Source of the DNA: Candidatus Poribacteria bacterium
GTDB taxonomy: Bacteria; Poribacteria; WGA-4E; WGA-3G
Direction: 5' to 3'
DNA length: 64,000 nucleotides
NCBI GenBank assembly: GCA_965215265.1
Contig: OZ244048.1
Span: 2,176,001 to 2,240,000 of the forward strand
The notes beneath the pieces are model-generated. The model worked only from the letters and a program-made list of their open reading frames with translations, ran no database searches and was not told the DNA's origin. Position numbers and translations under genes: made by a program. Every line of letters begins with the position of its first letter. Position 1 is the stretch's first letter. Positions 39,796-50,158 of the stretch are shown here, in pieces.

Positions 39796-40155
39796 GACAA
39801 ATTCCTCCTTTTTGCAATGGCATAACTGTCTGCCTGTCGAGCTTGCCAAAGACTTTCTGGCAAGAATTTGGGAGAGTTAGCAAAAGTGAGAGTTTTGCGT
39901 TAAATAATGATGCGATGGTGGTTACTCCTAACGCCGCTGCTCTGTATTCAATCAACGGTTTAGTCCCTAAAAGCATAACAAATTTAGGAAACAGTGTCAA
40001 GAAAAAATCAGTCTGTTTTTTTTCTTCACGAACAGAGCCGAAGGGTATCGTCTTATGGAAAATCAATCCCAACTTCAGAAGGGACATCTCCTGGCTAGTG
40101 AGAGTTGTCAACATCGTGACAACGTGCTGGTTTGTTCAATTCATGACTTCAAAAA

Positions 40156-40524
40156 TCATTGACGCAGGGTGGCAATAATTAAACATGTCCATCCGGCGAT
40201 GAACGCTGCACCTCCAAGGGGTGTAATAGCCCCAAGCCAACGAACGCCGGTAAGACTAAGTGTGTAAAGACTGCCCGAAAAGACCAGAATTCCAATGGAA
40301 AAGCACCATCCGGATGCAATGGTAAGTTGGCTGTTCCATTGGGAGTGTGCCCACGCCGTTGCGAGTAATGCAAGGCTGTGGTACATCTGGTAGCGAACAG
40401 CTACCTCAAACGTCTCCAGCATCTCCGCTGGTAGTTTTGACCGGAGTGCGTGCGCGCCAAATGCGCCAAGAACAACAGCGATGAGGCTAAACCCTGATCC
40501 GAGTGCAAATAAAAAGTTTGGCAT
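40156..40524 (-). CDS. DUF423 (YgdD/TMEM256) membrane protein
   Basis: LGAFGAHAL, YQMYH, FSGSLY, GAITPLGG. Confidence 0.92.
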   Translation of the reverse strand: MPNFLFALGSGFSLIAVVLGAFGAHALRSKLPAEMLETFEVAVRYQMYHSLALLATAWAHSQWNSQLTIASGWCFSIGILVFSGSLYTLSLTGVRWLGAITPLGGAAFIAGWTCLIIATLRQ

Positions 40525-40579
40525 GGTTTATTTTCTCTTTCTATATGATAATTGTATGTTGGTTGAGATTTATTTAACT

Positions 40580-41155
40580 CTAGTCTTTGTTAAAACAGGT
40601 GGCCTGCTGTTTAAAGTTGACAGGTGTGGTGTCGTTGAGATGCTGAAGTAAAGAGTGAATCGTCTCGCCAAAACGTGGATGCACAACCTGAGGTGCAATT
40701 TCGGCTAACGGTACTAGTACAAAACGGCGGAGGTGCATCTCTGGATGTGGAATGACAAGTTCAGATTCACTGAGAGAGACATCCGCGTAGAGCAAAACAT
40801 CCAAGTCGATTTCTCTGGGCCCCCAACGGATGCGTTGCTGTCTACCGACTTTGATTTCGATATGTTTTAAAATGTGTAGCAAGTGTTGCGGGGTGAGGCG
40901 TGTCTGGATGGCGGCGACCCCGTTCAGAAAGTGGGGCTGCTGTTCATAGCCAATAGGTGCTGTTTCATAGAGGGAGGACACTTTTTTCAAGTTAACTCCG
41001 TCAACTTCCGCGATGCATCGGATGGCGTTATCAATATACTCCATCCGGTTGCCGATATTGCTGCCGAATCCGATATATGCTGGGCACATAAAAGTATTGC
41101 CCCCGGATGTGCGTGCGCTAAAGTCAGTTACGTGCAATGGAGCTGCGCGTTTCAA
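40580..41155 (-). CDS. folK: 2-amino-4-hydroxy-6-hydroxymethyldihydropteridine diphosphokinase
   Basis: [35 protein letters not shown]...RRFVLVPL. Confidence 0.95.
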   Translation of the reverse strand: MKRAAPLHVTDFSARTSGGNTFMCPAYIGFGSNIGNRMEYIDNAIRCIAEVDGVNLKKVSSLYETAPIGYEQQPHFLNGVAAIQTRLTPQHLLHILKHIEIKVGRQQRIRWGPREIDLDVLLYADVSLSESELVIPHPEMHLRRFVLVPLAEIAPQVVHPRFGETIHSLLQHLNDTTPVNFKQQATCFNKD

Positions 41156-42384
41156 AATTTTCGGATGGCAATAGAGGTATTATGTCCTCCGAATCCGAAA
41201 GCGTTGGAGAGTGCGACCTTAACGTTTGCGTCGCGGCTCTGATTGGGGACGTAATCCAGGTCGCATGCGTCATCGGGGATTTCGTAGTTGATAGTGGGCG
41301 GTATATAGCCTTTCTGCATCGCGCCTAAGCAGGCAATGAGTTCGACTGCGCCTGCTGCGCCAAGGAGATGCCCGACCATGGATTTTGTGGAGCTGATCGG
41401 AATTTTGTATGCGCGGTTGCCAAACAACGTTTTAATGGCATTGGTTTCGGCGATGTCTCCAATAGGTGTTGATGTGCCATGCGCGTTGATGTAATCGACA
41501 TCATCTACGGAGAGCTGCGCGTCCTTTAGCGCGAATTCCATGGCTTTCGCTGCGCCTTCCCCGTTTTGGGGCGGGCTTACCATATCGTGTGCATCGGAAG
41601 TCATACCAAAGCCTAGGAGTTCGGCGTAAATAGACGCGCTGCGTCTTTGTGCATGCGTGAGAGATTCAAGAATGAGGATACCTGCACCATCGCCCATCAC
41701 GAATCCATCCCGGTCTTTGTTAAACGGCCGCGATGCGCGTTCAGGTTCATGGTTTCGTGCAGACATTGCACGCATTGAGCAAAATCCAGCGAAAGCGAGC
41801 GGTGTAATTGCAGATTCGGCTCCGCCCGTAAACATGACATCCACATCCCCACGCTGAATTAGACGAAACGATTCCCCAATAGAATGATTGGCTGTTGCAC
41901 AAGCGGTAACGGAGGATGAGTTTGGGCCCTTGAGGTTAAAATGGATAGAAATCTGCCCTGCTGCCATATTAATAATCATATATGGTACCAGAAAAGGACT
42001 GACGCGTTTGGGGCCCTTCTCTACCAAGGTTTGTGCATTTTCCTCAAGGATGCCAATGCCTCCGACACCGGAGCCGATTTGGACACCGGCCCGGTAGGGT
42101 TGGACTTTATTAAGGTCCAAACCGGAATCTTGGTGCGCCATTATTGCTGCCGCGAGAGCATATTGAATAAAAAGTGGTAACCGTGATGCGGCTTTCTTAT
42201 CAAGATAAGTTTCTGGTTGGAAGTCCTTAACTTCTCCGGCGATTTGGGTACGGTAATCGGTAGCATCGAAATAAGTTAAAGGTCCGATTCCGTTTTTACC
42301 GATTGCAAGCGCATCCCAATATTCGTCTTTGGTGTTGCCAATCGCGTTGACAACACCGATTCCAGTAATAACTACACGCTCCAC
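41152..42384 (-). CDS. fabF: beta-ketoacyl-ACP synthase II
   Basis: [33 protein letters not shown]. Confidence 0.96.
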   Translation of the reverse strand: MERVVITGIGVVNAIGNTKDEYWDALAIGKNGIGPLTYFDATDYRTQIAGEVKDFQPETYLDKKAASRLPLFIQYALAAAIMAHQDSGLDLNKVQPYRAGVQIGSGVGGIGILEENAQTLVEKGPKRVSPFLVPYMIINMAAGQISIHFNLKGPNSSSVTACATANHSIGESFRLIQRGDVDVMFTGGAESAITPLAFAGFCSMRAMSARNHEPERASRPFNKDRDGFVMGDGAGILILESLTHAQRRSASIYAELLGFGMTSDAHDMVSPPQNGEGAAKAMEFALKDAQLSVDDVDYINAHGTSTPIGDIAETNAIKTLFGNRAYKIPISSTKSMVGHLLGAAGAVELIACLGAMQKGYIPPTINYEIPDDACDLDYVPNQSRDANVKVALSNAFGFGGHNTSIAIRKF

Positions 42385-42465
42385 GAGCCTGATCCTTTTT
42401 TGAGTGTGTATCAGTAGACGCTGTGTCTGTGTGTGCGCGTCTACCTGCAGTTGTTTGTGCTATGC

Positions 42466-42699
42466 CTAGACATGTTCGTCCAAGTAGTTGAGTGCATCTT
42501 GGACAGTCTGAATTTTTTCGGCATCGCTGTCAGGGATTTCAAGGTCGAATTCCTCTTCGAGTGCCATAACGAGTTCTACGGTATCCAGTGAATCTGCGCC
42601 CAGGTCTTCCATGAAGGAAGCGTCTGGGGTGACATTCTCCGCGTCAACTCCAAGTTGGTTCGCGATAATTTCAATAAGCCGTTCTTGATTTTCTGGCAT
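42466..42699 (-). CDS. acpP: acyl carrier protein
   Basis: [20 protein letters not shown]. Confidence 0.97.
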   Translation of the reverse strand: MPENQERLIEIIANQLGVDAENVTPDASFMEDLGADSLDTVELVMALEEEFDLEIPDSDAEKIQTVQDALNYLDEHV

Positions 42700-42787
42700 A
42701 ATAGTTTAACTGAGCTCCTCTTTTAGTGTGATGAAGTGCCTACACTGTGGAAAGCGTGAAGGCACGGGTGTTAATAAATCATGTAGG

Positions 42788-43525
42788 TTACATCACCATT
42801 CCACCGTCAACCTGTAGGGTTTGCCCGGTGATATAGCGTGCGGCATCGGATGCCAAAAAGCAGACAGCGTCTGCTACATCTTCGGGGCTGCCAAATTCGC
42901 GTAACGGAATCAACTCAAGCAGTTGCTTCTGATTCTGTTCGGGGATTTGTGCTGTCATGTCAGTTTTTATAAAGCCGGGTGCGATAGCGTTAACGGTGAT
43001 GCCGCGCGTTCCGACTTCTTTCGCGGTTGCTTTGGTGAACCCAATGATGCCGGCCTTCGCAGCTGCGTAATTGGCTTGTCCGGCGTTTCCTGTTATTCCA
43101 ACCACGGACGAAATGTTGATAATGCGCCCGCCTCGCCGACGTATCATCGGCCTCAGTACGGCGCGTGTACAATACATTGTACCTGTCAGATTTGTCTGCA
43201 AAACGGCATCCCACTGTTCATCTTTCAAACGCATGAGAAGCGTATCGCGGGTAATGCCTGCGTTATTAACGAGAATATCGATCGCTGAAAACCGGGCAAG
43301 CGTCTCTTGAATCAGCGTTTCTACATCCGCTTTTTGTGAGATGTCGGCTCTAATAGAAATGGCATTGTGGCCTTCGCTATTTAAGGTATCAGCGATTTCG
43401 GTGATTGCCGTCTCTGAACGTGAGCAGAGGACAACGTTTGCCCCGGCTTCACAAAGTTTGCGCGCAATCGCTGCGCCAATTCCTCGCGAGGCACCTGTGA
43501 CAATGGCTATTTTTTCTTTAAGCAT
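42788..43525 (-). CDS. fabG: 3-oxoacyl-ACP reductase
   Basis: TGASRGIG, NNAGITRD, YAAAK, PGFI.TDM. Confidence 0.95.
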   Translation of the reverse strand: MLKEKIAIVTGASRGIGAAIARKLCEAGANVVLCSRSETAITEIADTLNSEGHNAISIRADISQKADVETLIQETLARFSAIDILVNNAGITRDTLLMRLKDEQWDAVLQTNLTGTMYCTRAVLRPMIRRRGGRIINISSVVGITGNAGQANYAAAKAGIIGFTKATAKEVGTRGITVNAIAPGFIKTDMTAQIPEQNQKQLLELIPLREFGSPEDVADAVCFLASDAARYITGQTLQVDGGMVM

Positions 43526-43594
43526 TTTCGATAATTGTTTTTAGAGTTCTACATTTTTGCCTGAATATTTGGAGACATCTGCGTCAGGATTTGT

Positions 43595-44524
43595 TTACAG
43601 TGAACCAATACATTCTTGAAGACTTTTTAAATCTTCAACGTTCACCGTAGTACTGCCAGGGAGCGTACGGTTAACTAAGCCGGACAGCACTTTACTGGGC
43701 CCCACCTCGACAAAGTGTGAGATCCCGGTACTTGCAATAGTTTTTAAACATTGTTCCCACTGAACTGGTGCGGTTATCTGTTGAAACAGGAGCCGGCGGA
43801 TGTCCTCAGGATGCGACACAAAATTGCCGTTCACATTCATCGCCACATCTATCTGTGGTTGACGCAACCGCACGTCTCTGAGTATCGGTTCGAATTGGCG
43901 TTGTGCGAAGCCCATCAACGGTGAATGAAACGCCCCGCTAACCGGGAGGAGACGGCACCGTCTTGCGCCAATGTCAGTCTTTGCAAAATTGACAACGGCA
44001 TTGACGGCATCGACCTCGCCGGAGATTACTAGCTGCCCGGGGCAGTTGTAATTGGCGATATTTACGATGCCCTTAGTTTTCTGACACAAAATTTGGAGAT
44101 GTGCTGCTTCCATTCCGAGAAAAGCAGCCATAGTCCCCGGTCTCTTTTCGCCTGCTTCTGCCATGGCTTGTGCCCGTGCCTGCACGAGTGTTAACGCGTC
44201 TGAAAAATCGAGGGCTCCGGCTGCAACCAGCGCAGAGTATTCTCCCAAACTATGTCCTGCGACGGCATCCGGTAGTATGCCTAATTGATTTAACACTCGC
44301 CATGCGGCAATGCTACAGGTCAAAATAGCGAGCTGGGTATTCTCTGTCTGCTTTAGTTTCTCTGCTGGTCCATTGAAACAGAGTGCCCCCAAGGGTTTTC
44401 CTAGCTGGGTCTCTGCTTCATCGAAAACGGTGCGTGCAATCGGATAATTATGAGCGAGTTCTGCGCCCATTCCGACTTTCTGTGAGCCCTGTCCTGGGAA
44501 AATAAATGCGACTGGTTGCTTCAT
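43595..44524 (-). CDS. fabD: malonyl-CoA:ACP transacylase
   Basis: FPGQGSQ, GHSLGEY, SGAFHS; start taken at MKQPVAF. Confidence 0.95.
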   Translation of the reverse strand: MKQPVAFIFPGQGSQKVGMGAELAHNYPIARTVFDEAETQLGKPLGALCFNGPAEKLKQTENTQLAILTCSIAAWRVLNQLGILPDAVAGHSLGEYSALVAAGALDFSDALTLVQARAQAMAEAGEKRPGTMAAFLGMEAAHLQILCQKTKGIVNIANYNCPGQLVISGEVDAVNAVVNFAKTDIGARRCRLLPVSGAFHSPLMGFAQRQFEPILRDVRLRQPQIDVAMNVNGNFVSHPEDIRRLLFQQITAPVQWEQCLKTIASTGISHFVEVGPSKVLSGLVNRTLPGSTTVNVEDLKSLQECIGSL

Positions 44525-44531
44525 GTTCGGA

Positions 44532-45614
44532 TTACAAACGTAGGAGTGTACTTCCCCATGTGACTCCTGCGCCGAAAGTGACGAGGAGGACGAGGTCTCC
44601 GGGTTTTGCCCGGCCTTCGCGAATTGCTTCATCCAGGGCTATAATAACAGTTGCAGCAGAAGTATTTCCGTATTTTTCGACGTTGACGTAGACTTTTTCT
44701 CGTTCAATGCCGAGTCTGTCGCCGACGGCTTCAATAATCCGTAAATTTGCTTGATGCGGTATCAACAAATCAATCTCTTCGACAGTAACGCCGGCTTGCC
44801 GTAGGACACGTTGCGCGGCTTCGGGCATCAGTCTGACCCCGAGTTTGAAGACTTCCCTGCCGCTCATCTGAATTTTGTCCAATTTCTGCTCAATTCCTTC
44901 TGCGGTGAGCGGCATTCTTGAGCCGCCGGCTGGTATGCCGAGGAGGTTAATATCAGCATAATCGCCATCAGAACCGATGTAAGATGCAAGGATTCCTTTT
45001 GCTTCTTGAGTGGCTTGTACCACTGCAGCGCCGGCCCCGTCGCCGAAAAGGACGCATGTGCTTCGGTCTTCCCAATCAATAATATTGTTGAAAATTTCCC
45101 CACCAACCACAAGAATAGTATCATATCCGCCGGATTTAATCAAGCCATTTGCAAGATCGAGTCCATAAAGGAATCCTGCACATGCGGCGGAGATGTCCAT
45201 TGCTGATGCGTTCTTGGCTCCAATGCCTTTCTGGACGTAGCATGCAGTAGATGGAAAAAAGGTGTCTGGTGTTACGGTAGCGACAAGTACCATCTCAATG
45301 TCAAGTGGATTGACTTTAGCAGCTTCAATGGCATTAACAGCGGCTTCTATACTGAGATCCGATGTGGCTGTGCCGTTGTCAGCAATGCGTCGTTCGACAA
45401 TTCCGGTGCGCTGACGGATCCACTCGTCGCTGGTATCAACCATTTTCTCCAGGTCTAGATTGGTGATAACCTGTTCAGGAACGTATGCCCCGGTGCCTGT
45501 AATGGTTGCATATCGCGATTTTTGAGTCCGTTGAGTCCGTTGAGTCCGTTGCGTTTGCGTTTTGCTTGCGGTGCGGAAGCCTGTTTGTGAGTTCACCCGT
45601 GCCTCCTTAGACAT
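44532..45614 (-). CDS. fabH: beta-ketoacyl-ACP synthase III
   Basis: AACAGF, PHQAN, YGNTSAA; N-terminal extension with a 9-bp repeat (TQR)3. Confidence 0.95.
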   Translation of the reverse strand: MSKEARVNSQTGFRTASKTQTQRTQRTQRTQKSRYATITGTGAYVPEQVITNLDLEKMVDTSDEWIRQRTGIVERRIADNGTATSDLSIEAAVNAIEAAKVNPLDIEMVLVATVTPDTFFPSTACYVQKGIGAKNASAMDISAACAGFLYGLDLANGLIKSGGYDTILVVGGEIFNNIIDWEDRSTCVLFGDGAGAAVVQATQEAKGILASYIGSDGDYADINLLGIPAGGSRMPLTAEGIEQKLDKIQMSGREVFKLGVRLMPEAAQRVLRQAGVTVEEIDLLIPHQANLRIIEAVGDRLGIEREKVYVNVEKYGNTSAATVIIALDEAIREGRAKPGDLVLLVTFGAGVTWGSTLLRL

Positions 45615-45792
45615 TCACGTTAGATTTTAGTACGGGTCTGCCGTTGTAAGAGCCACACCCCGGACAGACCCGGTGAGATATCATCATCTCCCCGCAAGAT
45701 AAACAAACGTTTATAGTTTTTTGACGGAGAGCGTGATGGCTTCTCCGCATTCTTTTTTTCGATTTTGACGTTCTCCGTTTGGGATGCGCCAT
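45607..45792 (-). CDS. rpmF: 50S ribosomal protein L32
   Basis: [22 protein letters not shown]....HRVC..CG.Y.G. Confidence 0.96.
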   Translation of the reverse strand: MAHPKRRTSKSKKRMRRSHHALRQKTINVCLSCGEMMISHRVCPGCGSYNGRPVLKSNVNV

Positions 45793-45949
45793 AGTGATTA
45801 TCTCCTGCTGAAAGTTAGAAATTCGTTAAACTTCCGGGTAAGGGCGGCCTGGGCTGACTCAACGATATCCGCCCGTTTTTGTAAATTCGTTCAGTGAGGC
45901 AATTAGGTCATGAATTTCCTTTGGCAATGCCCTAGTTAGGTTGCGCTTC

Positions 45950-46600
45950 TCACTCTTCTTCGCCCACGCGCTGTTCAATGGACGGTTGCAAATCGTCGCT
46001 CATATTCCTATTGTCAGTCTCAGGCAGCAGTGTTGATAGAACAGAGAACGGGTTTGACGGGCGCTGCTGGACTGCCGTATCAACACTTTCTGCAATATCA
46101 CAAGAGCAAGTGCCTAAGTTAAGTTCAGCACCGCATGCTGAACATAAACCTTCGCATGTTTGAGCGCAGAGTGGCCAGACTGGTATTTCAAGTACAAGGG
46201 CTTGCCGGACATCCTCGCTCAATTCCAAGGTGTCCCCGTCATAGTAGCGCTCCTCACTTTGAAAGAGTTCCTCGATACTTTGCAATAACTTGCTGTTTCC
46301 GTCTTTGGACTGCGTTTTTTTTTCCATTGGGCAAAACAGCAATTCAAGCGTTGAGGCAATGTCCACTTGAAACTGCTTAAGACAACGTCGGCATTCAACT
46401 GCGATGGTAGAGATAATGTCGCCAGTGACATAAATATTATTCGCATCTTGCCGAAATAAGGCAATAGTGCAGGCAAGAGGCAGAATAAACTCAGTATCCT
46501 CAAGCGGGAGTTCAAGGGCAGTGGGTGGTATCCGGACCTCGTAAACCTTGGAATCCTCGTATCGCAAATCGTTAATGTCAAAAACCAATGTGTCTTTCAT
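45950..46600 (-). CDS. DUF177/YceD family protein
   Basis: C.RCL and PLC...C.GLC..CG..LN...C.C motifs; upstream of rpmF. Confidence 0.9.
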   Translation of the reverse strand: MKDTLVFDINDLRYEDSKVYEVRIPPTALELPLEDTEFILPLACTIALFRQDANNIYVTGDIISTIAVECRRCLKQFQVDIASTLELLFCPMEKKTQSKDGNSKLLQSIEELFQSEERYYDGDTLELSEDVRQALVLEIPVWPLCAQTCEGLCSACGAELNLGTCSCDIAESVDTAVQQRPSNPFSVLSTLLPETDNRNMSDDLQPSIEQRVGEEE

Positions 46601-46629
46601 GCTTGCATTCCAGTGGGGGTTTGCTGCTT

Positions 46630-47958
46630 TTAAAAAGCGACTTCTTCTTCTATTCTGATGAGCTGCGCGTCCCCTTTAACGTCTTCAAGGTTGTAAATTT
46701 GCGCGAGGGCGGTTTTCATATTTTTTTCTAGTGCCTTATGTGTAAGCATAACGAGTGATACGGTATCCGTGGCGTGTGGTTCTTTTTGTATAACTGAGGC
46801 AATGCTGATATCGCAGTTGCCGAGTATGGTACCGATTTTGGCTAGGACACCCGGCCGGTCTACGACGACAAAGCGGAGGTAATAGCGCGTCTCAATATCA
46901 TCAATAGGGCACAGAATCGTCTCGTTGCTTGTCTGGGGCGCGGCAAGCCAGGCTTGGGCGATCTGGGCTGGGGTACCTTGTTGTATGGATTTGGCTGCGT
47001 CAATAATATCAGCGACAACGGCACTGGCTGTTGGCATTTCGCCTGCGCCTTGCCCATAAAAGAGCGTCGGGCCGACAGCGTCGCCGATGACGCATACTGC
47101 ATTAAAGGCGCCCCCGACATTCGCCAACAGGCTCCGCTCTGGCACAAGCGTTGGATGCACGCGTGCCTCTACACGTTTATCATCTGTCAGTTTCGCGATA
47201 GCAATGAGTTTAATGACGTATCCGAGTTCCCGGGCGTATTGGATCTCTTTTTGGTTTATGCTTGTGATTCCTTCTACGTGAAGATTTTGCAGGGTGATGT
47301 TGCTGCGATAAGCGAGTGCAGTGAGGAGTATAAGTTTTTGAGCGGCATCAATTCCTTCAACATCGAGCGTCGGATCAGCTTCAGCGTAGCCTTTATCCTG
47401 TGCGGCTTTCAGTACATCTGCAAAATCGATGTCGCGTTCGTGCATTTCGGTTAAGATGTAGTTACATGTGCCGTTGACGATGCCGTAGAGAGAGTGAATC
47501 TGATTGCCGGCGAAACTCTCTTGCAAGGTTTTGATAATGGGTATGCCGCCTGCCGTGCTGGCTTCAAAATTGAGGCTTACTTGCTGCTGCGATGCCAATT
47601 GAAAGAGCTCCGCTGCATGTGCTGCAAGCAGTGCCTTGTTTGCGGTTACGACGGGCTTCCCGTTCTGGAGTGCGCGGCGTATCAGGGCACGTGCGTCAGA
47701 CACCCCCCCGATGAGTTCAACCACGATATCTATATCCGGATTGTCAACCACGTCATCCGGATTTGTGGTTAAACAGTCTGCAGGCAGCTCCACCCCGGTC
47801 CGTGTTGCCGGAAGTGTCTGTTTGACTATTTTTTTTAGGCATAACTGGATGCCACTGTTCTTAGCAATCAGGGCTTGCTGATTTATGAGGATTTTAGAGA
47901 CGCCTGTACCGACAGTACCCCATCCTAAGATACCTACATTGATACACGATTTATCCAT
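46630..47958 (-). CDS. hom: homoserine dehydrogenase with ACT domain
   Basis: GWGTVG, VVTANK, FEASTAGGIP, NGTCNY, GYAEADP, DRPGVLA. Confidence 0.96.
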   Translation of the reverse strand: MDKSCINVGILGWGTVGTGVSKILINQQALIAKNSGIQLCLKKIVKQTLPATRTGVELPADCLTTNPDDVVDNPDIDIVVELIGGVSDARALIRRALQNGKPVVTANKALLAAHAAELFQLASQQQVSLNFEASTAGGIPIIKTLQESFAGNQIHSLYGIVNGTCNYILTEMHERDIDFADVLKAAQDKGYAEADPTLDVEGIDAAQKLILLTALAYRSNITLQNLHVEGITSINQKEIQYARELGYVIKLIAIAKLTDDKRVEARVHPTLVPERSLLANVGGAFNAVCVIGDAVGPTLFYGQGAGEMPTASAVVADIIDAAKSIQQGTPAQIAQAWLAAPQTSNETILCPIDDIETRYYLRFVVVDRPGVLAKIGTILGNCDISIASVIQKEPHATDTVSLVMLTHKALEKNMKTALAQIYNLEDVKGDAQLIRIEEEVAF

Positions 47959-48113
47959 AACCGCAACCGCCTCTTTCTCTATGGTGTAGACGCGACACCG
48001 AGGCCGCGAATTTTGTGTGTTTTTTCTTTAACATGTGGGATTAACATTGAGCTCGTCATAGACTTAATGAATGGCTGTTCTAAGCGAGACTGAATTTGCA
48101 TGAACATAATAGA

Positions 48114-48187
48114 TCGGGGCGACTGGATTCGAACCAGCGACCTCTTGAACCCCATTCAAGCGCGCTTCCGGGCTGCGCCACGCCCCG
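48114..48187 (-). tRNA. tRNA-Pro(GGG)
   Basis: Reverse complement CGGGGCGTGGCGCAGCCCGGAAGCGCGCTTGAATGGGGTTCAAGAGGTCGCTGGTTCGAATCCAGTCGCCCCGA folds as a cloverleaf with a GGG anticodon; CCA not encoded. Confidence 0.95.
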
Positions 48188-48338
48188 TTTCTCTTTTTTT
48201 TGCGGCTCTCTTCTCAAAAACCGCTAATTTGACCGGAACCTTAGCCACGCATTCTTCAAAACGATTTTTTTCAGGACTTTACAATTATCCTTATTAATTA
48301 TACCCACTTTGCTCGCTTTTGTCAAATTAATTTTGTAT

Positions 48339-48830
48339 CTCACTTACCCCCTTTTTTTTTCAAGTTTTGTGATGAAAGGTTTTTGTTTGTAAACGTGTGA
48401 GAAAAGCAGTGGGTTAGAGATACCCGAAACCGGTAAATCCCACATCTCTGATAACCCGTTTTCAAGACATCTTCAAGTCTATTGCTATAAAAAAGCCTGC
48501 GTTGCGTCACTTGCTCTTTGTGCTGATAGCGGTGAGTGTCTAGCGAACGTTTAGCCTCAATGAACTCGCGTTGCGTTTGCCGCTTTCGGTAAAACGAGAG
48601 AAGTCGAAACAGAAAAGGTTGCTCCGTCCAATGGGTGGCAGGTGGCTCCCACCCGCCGAACTCCTCTCTCCTTGCAGGAGAGACAAAGAATACCTATCTC
48701 GCAACTTTCTACCTATCCTGCCACTGTCCTTCAGGACAGACAAAGAATACCTATCTTGCCACTTTTCTCACACACAAACCTAACAATATCACACACAGAC
48801 GACTCTCAGAAAAAAATGGGGGTAAGTGAG
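48339..48830 (+). mobile_element. second, inverted copy of the ~500-bp IS-derived MITE
   Basis: TIRs CTCACTTACCCCC and GGGGGTAAGTGAG; homologous to 3691-4189; transposase remnant with an in-frame TAG. Confidence 0.78.
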
Positions 48831-48844
48831 ATGTAAAGGCTGCC

Positions 48845-48874
48845 TTGACAAAATAATAGAGAGGTTGCTATACT
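48845..48874 (+). promoter_or_regulatory. strong sigma70-type promoter
   Basis: TTGACA-18 bp-TATACT with an extended TGn, upstream of GGAGGAG and the ATG at 48913. Confidence 0.6.
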
Positions 48875-48912
48875 AGAAGAAGTAAAGTAAAGAGAGTCAG
48901 GATGGAGGAGTT

Positions 48913-49671
48913 ATGCCTAGAGCAGGCGATGAAAAACCGCGCAGCGTCCGGGCGGCTTATGACGCACACTTCAAACAGAATCTCAACGTGCAGCTGGGGG
49001 AGAGACGCGGCCTGCCGATACAGGCAGAACTCGCCGTCAGCTACCTGTCCCTCACGATAGACATCGGCGTGATTTTGCGAAACGCCGCTGACCGGGCAAA
49101 CCTCCTCGCCGAGGAGCCGATTTTCCGCTATTTCCGAACGCATAATCTCATAGAGTTCAAAAGTCAAGCCGACGCTTTGACAGAGAGCGACTATTACCGC
49201 ATCCAGGCGCGTGCGTGTCTTTATCTGGCTGATAACAGGCTTTCAAAGCAGGCACTCACCTTGACGATTGTCTCCGCCCGCTACCCTCGCGCACTGCTCT
49301 CGCGGCCCTATTACAAGGGGCAATGGGAACGCGTCAAGCCGGGACACTACCAGATAACGGAGGTGTTTCCAGTGCATCTGTTAGTGTGCAACGAGTTGGA
49401 ACTGATGCGAGAGAATTATTTGTTGCTGCCTTTTACGGCATCGGCTATGGAGATTTTACAAATGGGAAAGAAACAGAATTTTTACGACACCGAAATGCAA
49501 GCGTTAGCAGACACATTCGGCAGCGAGATTCTAGAGAGAATTCCGCCTGCCGAACGGATGAAAGGGCTCAGTGCCGATGAATGGCTCAAGGTATTTCAGG
49601 GCTTGGCACCAGAGGTGCGCGCAGAACTCGTGCGGCAGCTGGAGGCAGCTGACAACGACTCCAACACGTAG
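48913..49671 (+). CDS. hypothetical protein, PD-(D/E)XK-like fold suspected
   Basis: ID..VI...HNLIEFKS..D.L motif and ERMKGLS.DE tail; strong promoter and RBS. Confidence 0.55.
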   Translation: MPRAGDEKPRSVRAAYDAHFKQNLNVQLGERRGLPIQAELAVSYLSLTIDIGVILRNAADRANLLAEEPIFRYFRTHNLIEFKSQADALTESDYYRIQARACLYLADNRLSKQALTLTIVSARYPRALLSRPYYKGQWERVKPGHYQITEVFPVHLLVCNELELMRENYLLLPFTASAMEILQMGKKQNFYDTEMQALADTFGSEILERIPPAERMKGLSADEWLKVFQGLAPEVRAELVRQLEAADNDSNT

Positions 49672-49767
49672 CAGCCGACGCGGTTGAAAGGACATCTGAA
49701 CACGGACGGTAAACTCACTGAACAGATCGGAAGAGTAAACTCACTGATATTTAAACTCACCTAACCA

Positions 49768-49800
49768 GGGGCGGCAACCTTCGCGTCGCTGCCCCTTTTT
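49768..49800 (+). terminator. Rho-independent terminator
   Basis: GGGGCGGC-loop-GCTGCCCC followed by TTTTT. Confidence 0.55.
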
Positions 49801-50005
49801 GTATATTTCAGCCCATCACCGCCTGATCTTTTGATAATCCTTGTATAAATCTCGCCGGAGCCGCTCTCTGTTTTGAATGCTAAACAGAAAACATCTCTGG
49901 CGAGATTTGTGCGAGGTTGTTTATTAGCTCTGCCGGTGCCGGGCTGAAAGAGACGAAGAATTTGTATATGTCCGAACTATACCGGTTTATGTTATTGCAA
50001 ATCTG
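49796..50005. repeat. family-I bidirectional array (1+1 units and a degenerate unit)
   Basis: AAATCTCG ends at 49854, CGAGATTT starts at 49901; GGGCTGAAA.AKAC ends. Confidence 0.8.
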
Positions 50006-50158
50006 ATGCCACGGTACGAGTCAAAACAGGCTCCGTTTTCGCACTGGGGCTCGAAAAAAAAAGATGTCGACAAAAAAGCAGAGATATCTAAGGTAACTAG
50101 GTCCGTTCTTTTTTCGTGAGTCTTGCGCAAGTGTCGAATTAGCAGGTCGGTTTAGGAA

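Noticed and set aside
48114-50005. tRNA-integrated prophage or genomic island
   Set aside because: No integrase and no duplicated tRNA 3' end; the accessory DNA lies on the 5' side of the tRNA.
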